Program-made: the position numbers and the translations under genes
Notes under the pieces: generated by a model
The model's database searches: none
What the model was told of the DNA's origin: nothing
Seen by the model: the letters and a program-made list of their open reading frames with translations, nothing else
IMG/VR virus record: IMGVR_UViG_3300017917_001008
Coordinates: 11,211-75,210 of that record
Origin: a virus
DNA: 64,000 nt
Direction: 5' to 3' (one strand)
Part shown: piece by piece, positions 17,101 through 28,300 of the stretch
How positions within the stretch are numbered: position 1 is the first letter of the stretch
Layout of the letters: every line of letters begins with the position of its first letter

Positions 17101-19384
17101 CGGCATCATGCTGGATCCCCAGGAACTACAGGAGTTCGTTAGAACCGGTAAAAAGCCCACCACATTTATAGATCCTAACACCCTTCAGAATATACCGGAG
17201 TCTTCTCCAAAGTATGCTATTGCTCAAGGACTGCTGGAAAGAGATGATGAGATTAAGGATCCTCCTAAACCAGAAGCAGCCCCTACTGCTGAAGAACCAG
17301 TTGCTCCTACTACTACCACTACTGCCCCTACAAGTGCAGAATCTGCTCCGGCTGCTACAACAACAGCTGCCCCTACAGAATTAAATCTTGAAGCTGAGCT
17401 ACAAGTAAAACTGGAAGATGCTTACAACCAGTATGTAGAAGAGACTGGATCAGAGATTTCTTTTGAGGAGTTTGTAAAGACTACAAGAAGGGCCCGTAAC
17501 ATTATAAAGGATTTTAGAAGAGGCAAGCCAGCTGAGGCTGCACCAGCCCCTGCTACTACAGCAGCTACAGTAACACCTACCACTCCTTATGGTACACCAA
17601 CTGGTGAGCCTATTACAACAGCTACAGAAGCTGCTAAAGCTGATATAGAAAGAAGAAGACAAGAAGAATTAAATAACATACTTGGAGATGTAATAAAATT
17701 AGAAGAAGCAGATACTAAACAAAAAGCAACTCAAGCAATTGCGGATGCTACAAGAGAAGTGGGAAACAAGGCTTTAGATAAAGCTGGAATTATTATTGGA
17801 GAAGTTCAATGGGGTAAAAACATTATTGATGTAGCTAAAAGATTAGCTTTTAAAATAAGAGAAATACAAAAACCTGCTGTAGATAGAATCAATGCTAAAT
17901 ATGATGCAGAACTAGCTGCTTTAGAAGGAGCTAAACCTGCAGAAGCTGCAGCTCCTGTAGCTGAGGAAGCACCTTTAGACTTGACACCGGGGTTAATTAA
18001 AGTGTTTACAGAAGAAAAGGATAAGAAGATAGGAGAGTTACTTCCTGTCTATGGGCAAGCCCTGGCTTCTAAAGATCGTACAGAAGATGAGTCTGCTGTA
18101 TTGGCTGATCCTGTTAAATGGTTGGAAGAGCAGATAGAGAACGCTGAGGAGAATCTACAGAGAGATGAAGAGCGTTTAAAAACTTTAACTGAAGACGCCA
18201 AACCTGAGGTTGGAGAAGTATTTGTTACCGGAACTACATTAGGTCTAACTAATATTTACGGGACTGCTCCTAAAAACTTTATTGATAAAAGATCAACTCC
18301 TCAACGAGCTGCTTTAGAAAGGAACAAGAGTAAAGTGTTTGATGAAGAAGAAGCAGGAGGTAAGAAAGTATTCAGTATAGTGGATTGGTCAGTGGTGGAC
18401 AACGTGGGTAGACCAGGATACGTTGCCACTTCTATAGCGTTTGATAAAGACTCTACTATAACATTGGATGATGTAAAGGCTGATTTAGAAGCTGCACATG
18501 CACAAACTATGTCCGGTGTAGATCAGTTTGGTAAGATAAGTGAAGTTAAGATTCAACAAGCTTTAAAAGGAGCGTCTGTTAAGATCTCTAAAAACGAGAA
18601 AGCTGATCAAGTTAAGACTCGTATGGAGTCTGCAAAAGTTAGAATACAGAAGAGTAAGGCCAACCTTAAAAAGGTTAAGGCTGTAATGGATGAGTTTAAT
18701 GATAACATATCCAGGATCACTGGTAAACCTGTTGAACAAACTCAACCCGTTGAAAGAACAGAGCCGGTTACAGAAGCCGCTCCGGTGGTAGTGTCTACAG
18801 AAAAGACAGGTACACAAAAAGCCCAGGAGCTGGTTGATTCTATCACTTCTCTTAAGGATGTTCCTGATCTGTCTAAAGCAGACAGTAAGCCAGTCACTAT
18901 TGATCTGATTGAACTCATCTCTACCGGCCAGGCTAAGGCCAAAGATGTGGTGGCTATGATTGCTGCTAAGCGTAAAGAACTTCTACAGAATATATCAACA
19001 AAAGATCTACAAAAAGGTGATATGGTTACATTTGTAGATGGTAGAAAAGGTTTTGTAAAGTCTATCAACAAGAAGACAGTTACGTTTAAGATGGTTGGTT
19101 CCGAGAAAGGAGCTACAGAGCTTATAGACCAAAGCAAACTACCAGGTCTTATCACCAGTTTAGAATCAGGAAAAGCCCTCTCTATGGAACCCACTCCGGA
19201 AATAGAAATTACCCCTCAGGAAGAAACAGAAGTTAAGGCGTCACAAGATGCTTTAGCGTCCTTCACAGAAAACTCTGCTGCTGTAAAAGAAGCAGGAGAA
19301 AAAGCTGCCAAAGCTGCTGGTACAGATAACCAGGAAAACCTCAACAATCTCTTTAAGAACATTGGATGTAAAACAGGAAAGTAA
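14177..19384 (+). CDS. Giant ejection protein A with hydrophobic segments
   Basis: 1735 aa; hydrophobic Gly/Ala-rich segment near aa 215-255, coiled coils, Pro/Ala/Thr linkers; immediately upstream of the RNAP gene. Confidence 0.65.
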   Translation: MAEEMVNMISAEALDTQAAQAESLDNGLDLEFASTDALDAMGAFNLEQLDKEPASAGDPPGKPKPRTMQDLKRDYDKDLQNWKQITRYGIPMAADQTRNKFQAARVVEFDARKFNVDRYLGYGKSTFDKVGFSPFVDNEKNFNQNTTIWQDYGRMMSVFGPLVYQGAVSSYRSLADTFGSDRPVFSSDDETASEYARLNNIGMSTKGGPLGFANNLTLSMAYTVGTALSVVAEEALLFGLTVATEGAFGGAAAARTAFNIGRLGNAIKRGFQTEHVANILKGSTQLVKSLSKVGDAKDFYTAVRTGGTTFAKGTFQYLNPFSRTADDIYDLYRGSASVRNMSNLAKAKQTFGSFYRDVRDNNFALSESKLEGGSAKIDAIQRLTDEYEKKNGKAPEGDDLARIYDQAEDIGRGVTAVNFPVIFLTNRVVLDGLFKFRGFKTLEQAGELSTKGIGFKKGVGFYDNLADGWLKSSVNTLKNPKAYIGKGVNYFRRNLMEGVQENLQNVTSEAVANYYDGVYKDATLGGFDYAAGHAWDAIKKEMSSGQGLETFASGFLMGGLMGKAQNLFLKDVPQVYYWTKDKIAGTNKLQEYKLNKQRTRQDAINGLNELYKNPLKYFSSRNESAVVQKHTSDVMNLAEENGDAKTFQDAKDLKTFDNIFTALDNGTYDTLLEQFKELKKLSNDELANFLGVDKADPKMMNKLDEVVTRAAQIKERYDVVNDRFKNPFSPKNFKFGTEEFTKEAIAFRAFEAAKKSAVISQYGFDRALERMNGLYQDLSSNRPIRKASGSDITVLTDLNTLDNEINLLDKEVKSYAGVTDKDQKKLAEQKKEKLDLLMDYRDKLRTYRERMGENERDENGQIIISFNDAAEPLKNSYKAYLRYLGKVADDYMFDDKIDESFNKVLDYYSLDSDAKNYSKVVNNLMDPLNLYRHSQMIAANFTKLFQNREIDAEERIARSQRLVELNQLLLAFTANGIMLDPQELQEFVRTGKKPTTFIDPNTLQNIPESSPKYAIAQGLLERDDEIKDPPKPEAAPTAEEPVAPTTTTTAPTSAESAPAATTTAAPTELNLEAELQVKLEDAYNQYVEETGSEISFEEFVKTTRRARNIIKDFRRGKPAEAAPAPATTAATVTPTTPYGTPTGEPITTATEAAKADIERRRQEELNNILGDVIKLEEADTKQKATQAIADATREVGNKALDKAGIIIGEVQWGKNIIDVAKRLAFKIREIQKPAVDRINAKYDAELAALEGAKPAEAAAPVAEEAPLDLTPGLIKVFTEEKDKKIGELLPVYGQALASKDRTEDESAVLADPVKWLEEQIENAEENLQRDEERLKTLTEDAKPEVGEVFVTGTTLGLTNIYGTAPKNFIDKRSTPQRAALERNKSKVFDEEEAGGKKVFSIVDWSVVDNVGRPGYVATSIAFDKDSTITLDDVKADLEAAHAQTMSGVDQFGKISEVKIQQALKGASVKISKNEKADQVKTRMESAKVRIQKSKANLKKVKAVMDEFNDNISRITGKPVEQTQPVERTEPVTEAAPVVVSTEKTGTQKAQELVDSITSLKDVPDLSKADSKPVTIDLIELISTGQAKAKDVVAMIAAKRKELLQNISTKDLQKGDMVTFVDGRKGFVKSINKKTVTFKMVGSEKGATELIDQSKLPGLITSLESGKALSMEPTPEIEITPQEETEVKASQDALASFTENSAAVKEAGEKAAKAAGTDNQENLNNLFKNIGCKTGK

Positions 19385-22300
19385 TGGCTTGTAGATTAAC
19401 AGAAGATCAAATATCAGCTTTATTTGGAGCTATTCACGGAGAAGTGATTGCTTCTAAGAACCGTGATGATAAGTTTAATGCGGCACAGGCTATTCGTGCT
19501 TTATATCAAAGGCTGCTGGATGCTGGAGCTGAGCAGGTAAATGCTATGGACTATGTACAACATATACCAAGCATGTTGCAGCTTAGCTATGCTATGTTTG
19601 CAGACTCTAAGGCTCACATGAGAGCCAGTGGTGTGAACCTGTCTGAACTGGATCAGCTAGATGCAGACTTCACTGCAGATATTAAAAACGTGGCTAAGTT
19701 CCTGGGTGTAGACCAAGGCACAGCTGATGTTGTACAAGAGATCATTGAAGAGTCTAATCCCTCTACAGGGGTTATTCCCACAGATAACTATACACAGATA
19801 GAAGAGGGTGATATTGCTAAGAAGAAACCCTACTTTGATTCAGAGATAAGCTTTGTAGCAGCTCCTGAAACAGCTCTTGCTGTATTCAACCAGGAAGCCC
19901 AGGACTATAATGGTGTACAGGCTAAGCAGAACATACAAGACCCGGATCCTGTTAAGAAGGTGTATTACACCGTAGTGAGAAAGCTGAATGACCTGATGAC
20001 CGGCAGCAACCGCCAGACAGCAGATAAAGTGAAGCTTGGTGATGTAGAGGGTGTGTTCTTAAGACTAGTACCCGCTTCTATGATTGCCATGGAAGATCTG
20101 CAGGAAGCTGACAGACTTTACTATTCTACAGATGATGATCCCCGTATTCCTTTTTCCAAGACCTCTAAAACAAAGATGGAACTTAGAGAGAAAGGAGATG
20201 ATGTATACTTAGTCTATACAGACAAAGATGGTAACATACTTTATTTCAATGAAGAGGGTACACCTGTAGGAAAGGAAAATGGTGGTATGGTGGCTTACGG
20301 TAAGCTCCGTAGACCATACACTCCTAAGACTACCAATGAGGCTAAGGGTCAGGTGGCCGGTCGTAAAATGGTAGGAAGAGTACAGACTCCTCAAGACCTG
20401 GTGAGAAAAGGACTGGGTACACTGGAAGAAGTTACTAAAGAGCGTGATGAGGAAATAGAGATCCTTGAGAAGTCTCGTGAGTTTGTTTCCAAGAATCGTG
20501 ACGAGGTGGTGTTATTCTCTGTAACCCCTGGTAGAAATGGTTATGTAACAGAAGACTTTTCCAAGCCTAACCCAATCAGTTCTATAGATCTCACAGATGG
20601 ATTTAAACCTTATTTAAACAGCCAGGAAACTGGTGTATTGATTAAGGGCGGGGTGTATTTTAATGTCCCTGGCTACGAGTTCCCATTACTGATTCGTAGA
20701 CCAAAGTTTGGCAATGTACCAAACCTGTCAGGCAACCTGGCAGATATTGTGTTTGACTCAGATCTTTCTAACAAAGAAAAGATAGATGTATTAAGACAGT
20801 TTACCTACTCTGGAGACACTAAGATATTCCAGGGTAATGACGGCAAGCTTTATGTAAAGCAGATGGATCAAACTATGGAAGTCACTGCAGATAATAAGCA
20901 GGCTTTCATTGATAATCTAAACGGCCAAACTGTTAACATCAATAAGGACCTGATGCATAGAACCTTTAACATGCCAGTGAACCTGGATGGTAAAGTGACC
21001 CTGCAGCAGGAGCGTTATAATAACTTCCTGGCTAATAACTTCTATACCTTCCTGGCTAAGAATGACCAGAATAAGATTGTCAGCCTGAATGCGTATAACG
21101 TAATATTTCCTACAGAGGCAGCACAGGACAAGATCTTTGGTAAAGCAAAAGCAGCATCTAACGAGCAAACCTCTTCTTTAGAGCAAGCTACACCCACTGA
21201 TGTTACCAAGGATGAGTTTAAAGAATTACTAGACCGTACAGACTTCAGTTTAAAGAAGTCTACATTACTAAGCAGTAAGGCCACTGACGAACAGATTGCC
21301 GCTGCAGAGAAATGGTATAACAGCTCTCCGCTTTCTAAAGTGGTACCATTCCAGGTGATGTTTAACATTGTAAACTCAAATGCATTAGCAGAGTTTACCA
21401 CTGCAGGTATCACCCTGTGGAGCGGATCTAACTTTACAGATCTCTATCACGAGGGATGGCATGCTTTCACCCAGATGTTCCTGACCAAGGATCAGAAGAA
21501 AGAGTTGTACAATGAAGCCCGTAAACTCACCGGTACCTTCACTACAGTGAGCGGTGCTAAGGTGAAGTTCAGTGCAGCTACAGATATGCAGCTGGAAGAA
21601 TTCATGGCTGAAGACTTTAGAAAGTATGTACTGTCTGACCGTAAGAATATAATCAATGGCCGTCCGGTACGTAATACTATTTTCAGGAAGATCTTTAATT
21701 TCCTGAAGGTTGTATTCAGTAGCTATTCGTTAAAAGATATTGCTGCTGATCGTACAGCAGTGGCTAATATCCAGAGCCTGTATGACCAGCTGTTCATTGG
21801 AGAGATCCATGACTACAAGCCTTCCTTAAGAAACGTACAGTTTGGAATATTAAACAAGGGCGTAGAGGCTTTGGATGTCAAATCTAAAGACACGCTCACT
21901 TACCAGGATTCTATGACCCTGGTAGAAACTATTGACTCTTTAATAGCCTCCACTATGGTAGGTTATGGTAGGAGTGTAGCTGGTATATTTACTAACCCAG
22001 AACTCCTGGGCCCATTATACAAGAGAGTTAACACCAAGCTTGCTGAGCTTAGAGAAACCCTGGTTGCAGATCCAGAAAAAGCTAACAGCGTAAAGCTGAT
22101 AGACTTTGCCCTGACTAACTGGGGTGATTTTAGTAAGGTGGCTAAGGGTGAAGAATCCACTGGTGTACTGGCATTCCATAAAAAGCGTAGTGCATATTTT
22201 ACGTTTGATGATAAGATGGCCGAGATGGACGCTTATGATCAGAGTGTAAATGAAGATGCTGAAGAAGTTAAAGATGCAGATAATAATCTGGCTAAGTCTG

Positions 22301-25300
22301 AACAGCAGCTTCGTGAAGAGTTTGGATCCAACCCATTTGAACGTAAAGGAAACGAGCACTCTGTAAGAGAGCTTGCTTCTAACGAGGTGGTGTATTTGAT
22401 TAAGAGCTTACCGCAAGTAGATAAAAACGGAAAGGTGGTAACCAATGCATTGGGTGTTCCTAAGCTGGTTGACTTCAACCGCACCTGGGGTATTGTGATT
22501 AACACCGTAGCCGGTTCTAATACTACTTCCCAGATGTATGCCAAGCTTCTGGATGCAGCTACACGTTTTCCAGAGCTTAGAGCTTTGGTAGAACGCCTGG
22601 GTAATCCATTAGACCATACAGAAACTAAGGACTGGCCGTTCATGAAGATGTGGATTTCATTCTTTAGAGACTTCTCTGTGTATAGAATTCCTATCAAAGA
22701 AGGTCGTTTAGTAGACGGGCCTGGTGGGTTTAAGTTTGAGTTTACAGAAGTGGATCCTCAGTTTAAACAAGTGCACCGTGCTTTCCAGGCTCAGTTTGAA
22801 TCACTGGGTAGCAGTCCTTATATTACAAAGACTCCAACCGGTAATAAGCTAAACATAGAGAAGATTTTAAAGGACTTCCCTTACAGTTCCATCTTTGCTA
22901 AAGACAAGGTGATCATTGATGAAGATAAAGCCATGGAGTTTCTAAAAGCCATTGGTTTCTATCTGACAGATAACAGAGAGATCCGTAAAGCCATCCGGGA
23001 TAATTATGAAGCTGTGGCTTATATACACGGTCTTCCATACATGAAGAATCCAGGCGGATTGTTAAGACTGGCTGATAAGAAGGTGGATGTGTTCAATCCT
23101 ATTGACGCCCTGTGGAAGATTGGTAGTGAAAACACCAACGTACAGAAGATCCTCACTATAGAAGCTAAGCATAGCGGTAAGTTCAGTAATAACGCTGTTA
23201 CTAACGTTAACGGTGATATTGTTTATGACCTGTCATTAAACAACACAATCACCAGGCTGTTGAATGATCTTAATGATCCTTCTAAGGATTACACTATGAC
23301 CCAGGAGCAGCACCTGCAGCATCTGAACTTCCAGAGAAATCCTTTTGCTAAGTATTCCATCTGGATGAAGTCAATGTTCAGTATTCCTACAGGAAAGCTG
23401 GTTGACTTGTCTAATGAGAATAAAAGAATATCTCAGGATGTAAAATTTGGTGGTGGTTTTGTCTCTATGAACCTGGTAAACCTTGATGGTGTTAAGAGTG
23501 TACTGGCAAGAGATAATGCCGGTCAGTTGGTACAAAGCGGTATTAAAACAACCAGCCTGGATCCTGCATCTAAGTTCATCTTTGATTTGCACACTATGCT
23601 ACTCACCGGTACTATGGAGCTGCCAAGGCATGCTTCTAAGTCCAGTGCATATGGTGTAAGTGTATCCAAGGTGGACACTTCATATAACGAGAATGCTAAG
23701 CATCTATACATCAGCCCCGGTCATTTTGGTAAAAACGGTAAGGGTACAGAATACTCTGTAGAACTTCTATTGCCAAAGATTGCAGCTGAGATGGAGCGTA
23801 TAGCAATGGTTAACCAGGGATTGGTTCCAAGTATTCCGGGATTCAACGAGCGTGGTAAAGATTTCACCATGTTTGATGACATCTTAAGTGATACTACTAA
23901 AGAAGAGCTTAAGAGATTAGCAGATACAGAGGATTCCCTGTCTGTGATTCAGGATCCTGCCATTAAGCAGAAGATCACTGCAGATGTCAGGAACTATCTC
24001 AATCAGCTCTTTAAAGAAAACATGGAGCTGTATAAGTCTTTAGACTTTATGTCTGATGACTTGTTATTAAACTCCAGGAGCGGTAAGACTGATATCAAAG
24101 CCTTGATTGCTAAGGATACACTAGAGGTGGTAGGTGAAGATAGAACAGACTACCTGAAAGAGGTGGCTGTTAAAGCTTTCACCGTTAACTCTCTGATTCA
24201 TAACATGGAAGCTATTTCCGTTTTGTACGGAGACCTTGCTATGTATAACCACTTAAAAGAAGAATACCATAAGCGTAATGCTTCTATAGGTTCTACAGGT
24301 AGGATCTTTGCCAGTGACGGAGCTACCAATAAGTTCATTGAGAACCTGGGTAGAGGATATGCTAGATCCATTGGAGCCAGGGATAAAGGGTTTGATGGTA
24401 CACTAGACACTGCTATCTTTAAAGATAACGAGGTGCCTTCTGTTTATTATGATGAGTACCTGGAGGCTCTTACTAAGAAGTACGGAGCTGATAAGGCAAA
24501 GAAGATCCTGAAGCCTTATAAGAAGATGAATGAGGGTGACGCCCAGGGTTGGATTACATTTGATAGCTATCGTATCTTATCTATCCTGGAAGGTGCCTGG
24601 TCAGAAAAGCAGAATGAGCTTTACAATAAGATTATTAGAAATGAGCAGGTAGATCCTGCAGAGATCACCGAGTTCTTCCCAACTAAGAAGTTCCAGTATG
24701 CCGGTCCTCTAAAGACAGAGAAGCTTCACATACAGGCTTTCCATAAGTTCTCTTTGGTACCACTTATTCCAAGCTTGGTGAAGGGCACTAACATGCAGAC
24801 CCTTCATGACAACCTGGTAAAGCAGGGTAAAGACTACGCTCTGTTTGAGTCAGGATCTAAGCTGGCTACCATTACGGCTAACGGTAAACCAGATTCTCTG
24901 TATGAGAATGATGATTACAACACCCGTGTAGTTAAACCATGGAACGAGGGTGACCCTGCCTATACATCTAACGTTGTCTTTATACAATACTTAAAAGACC
25001 AGGTGGACATCCAATCTACTTGGAAAAACAAAACTGTCTTCTCTACACAGCTTCGTAAGCTGATCATCAATGACGTATTCAAACAAGGTTTGGGTATTGG
25101 AGAGTTTGACGGACTGGTTAAAGAGTTTGAAGGTTTATTAGATGACCTGCAGGAATATAAAAAGAAAGAGCTTTTACAACAAGCCGGCTGGACAGAGAAT
25201 GAGTCTGGAGAATTATCCGGAAGCACTCGTGAACTGCTGGAGTTTGTCATGAGAGAGATGGAGCGTCTTGAGCTTCCTGAACATGACGTAGACTTTGTAA

Positions 25301-28300
25301 GAGATAGTCTTAATGATGGTACGTTCACAGACTTAAGCTTCTCACTCAATGCTGAGAAGATTGAAAAGATGCTGAACAACATTGTTGTAAAGCGTCTGGT
25401 AAAACAAAAGATGAACGGTGAGCAGCTGGTGCAGTTGTCTGGTGCCGGTTTTGAATCTGCCGGTTCACGTTTTACCAATGCAACAGAAGAGGAAATTAAG
25501 AAGTACCGTGGTACTAATAACTTACCTACCTATCGTCCTGGTGCAGGAAAAGATGGTAAGACCACTGCCATGAAGGTGAAGATAGCTATAAAAGGAGACT
25601 ATTACAAGCTTCTTAATCTTAAGCACAATGACGGTAAGAAGATCGGTACCCGTGAGCGTCTGAACGAGATGATCAAAGATGACAAGTGGTTAGACAAAGG
25701 GGACAACCGTAAGATGATCACTATGGTGGGTGTGCGTATTCCTGTACAAGGTTTAAACTCTATGGAGTTTATGGAGATCTATGAGTTCCTGCCTGAAGAA
25801 GCCGGATCTGTGATCATCCCGCCTGCAGAGATCGTAGCCAAGTCTGGTTCTGACTTTGATATTGATAAGCTCACTATATTCCAACCTCATATTGGTATTA
25901 GGATTAACCGTAATACTACCAAGTCTAAGCTGAAAGAACTGGCTAAGAAGTATCCTGACCTGGACTTCAGCTTGGATAATGTAAACACCATCCTGGATGC
26001 ATCTGAAAATGACTTCAGTGTGTACATGCCTACCGAGCAGGAGATGAAGGTGTATAAAGTGCTGGTACAGGAAGCATCTGATGAATTACCCACTTACATA
26101 AAAGGTAAGGGTATGAAGTCTACAGAGAACCAGATCATTGAGAAGATCCGTACCATCCTGGAGCACCCAGATAACTTTGATGCCCTTATACGTCCTAACG
26201 ACACTGACCTGGTAAAAGGTGTGGCTGATGAACTGGCTGAACTAAACATCCAGGGGTATGATCCGTTTGCTGTAAAGACCGGTAATACCCGTACTAGTAT
26301 CAAGGGTGGTAAAGAAAGCAAGGTGATTTCTCCAACCCGTGCTTTAGAACCTAGGTATAATCTTTACAAGCATGAGTCTAACAACATTGGTAAGAAGACT
26401 CTTGGTATCGGTGCTGTAGACAACGCCTACTCTTCTATATTCAAGAGAGTAGGGGCTCGTCTTGAAAAGAACTACACCCACTACAAGAAAGAAGACGGAA
26501 GGTTTGTATATGATAAGAGTGGAAACATAGTTAAGCAGATCCGTCCTATAAACATTAGGATGAAGCATAATACCATTAAAGAGAACGGCACTGAATACAT
26601 TTCTCTTTCTGATATTGAAACCGTAACCATGGATAAGGTGAGTGACCTTATAGGCCAGCTCATGAATGGTTGGGTGGATATTGAGAAAGACGCCTGGATC
26701 TTTAACATCAACGGAAACTCCATTGCTGGCCCGGTGTTATTGTTCTTACTGGAAACCGGTGTAGACTTCAAAACAGCAGCTTATTTCGTATCCCAGCCTT
26801 TAGTGGTGCAGTATGTGAAAGAGATGTACATGAGTGACTCTCCGTTCTATCCTGCAGTTAATCCTGGAGCTGAAACTGAAAAAGGCCTGAAGCGTCATAA
26901 GATACGCCAGAAGTTTTTTGAAGATCTGAAAATAGCTCCGTTAAAACCTACTAAGTTTTTTGGTCCGGTGTTATCTAATGATATTCTATACAAGGCTATC
27001 AATGATTATAACGCTAATAAGGAATACACAGTAGAGAGTCTGCGTGAGGTGATTAAGAACAAGGACGTAAAGAGTAAAGATGCCATTGCGGGTCTGTTAC
27101 ACTTTATGGAACTGGAAGACCTGGGTAAACAGCTCACTAACATCAAGCTCACTGTAAACGTAGACACGGCTCCATCTAAGAGTCTGTTTGCTGCCAACCA
27201 GCGTATAGATAAGATTGAGGATCTGGAGTATGTTGACTCTGTACCTAAATCTGTTATTAATAAGATCTTATATGATTCTCCTATCCGCTCCTTCCTGGTG
27301 CAGAAGTTCCAGCTGGGTATATTAAAACCGCTGATGAAACTAAGAGGAGATAGCCAGATCAATAACTTCTTATTGGACGTCATGAAGGGTGCAAACTACC
27401 CTTCTGCGTTTAACACACCAGAGAAGTTTGTAGCTGCTTTCCATAATGACCTACCGCTGTACTTGTTACAGAACCATCTTAAGGGATTGGATATCAACTC
27501 CTTAACTGAGTATAAAGGAATGGCCGTTAAAGAAGCTATGCCTGTAAAGAATGTACAGTTACGCCAGGGTGCTTTTGTAAAAGACGGTGTGATGTACATT
27601 GACCGTGACCAGATTGCAGAAGACTTTAACACTAAGGCTTTTGCAGGAGAGGGTTATGAAAAGCAGGGACTGGCTAAGTTGGATCCTCAGACATTCAACA
27701 TGGGAGATAACTCTCAGAACTTACAGGAGTATGTTCACTTCGTATTAGAACGTGAATACTTAAGATCTGTAATCCCTGTAGGTGATGTAACCCGTGAAGT
27801 GTATGAGCGTAAGATAGCAACACGTGCTTTAGAGCGTACGTTTAACTTCTTCCATATGCTGAAAGCTCCTGGAGAAAGTATTGCAGATAAATTCCTGGAG
27901 ATCAAAACAAAATATCCTAAGCTTTCTGAGGACTTCCTTATCATGACGGAGCTGGGGTATAACAATGATGCAGCCAAGACTGATGATGATGGTAACGTAA
28001 AAGAGGTGAAGAACAAAAAGATGCGTACCCTAAAGCTGAAGAGTCAGCGTTTGGATACGGACTTTGCTAACGTGCTTCATGAAAACCTGTTACGTCTGGC
28101 AGATCCTATGACTATAAAGGTGGAAGATCCTAATGCAAACAGGGAGATCAGCCAGTTCTTTACACGCATGATCGTAGCAGAGTATCTCCGTGCTGGTATT
28201 ACCAGGAGCGGTGAGAACCTGGCTAAGATATTACCGGTGAATACACTGCGTCAACTGATGGCAGAACCATTACAGGAGTTTTCTAAGAAGAGTAATAAGA

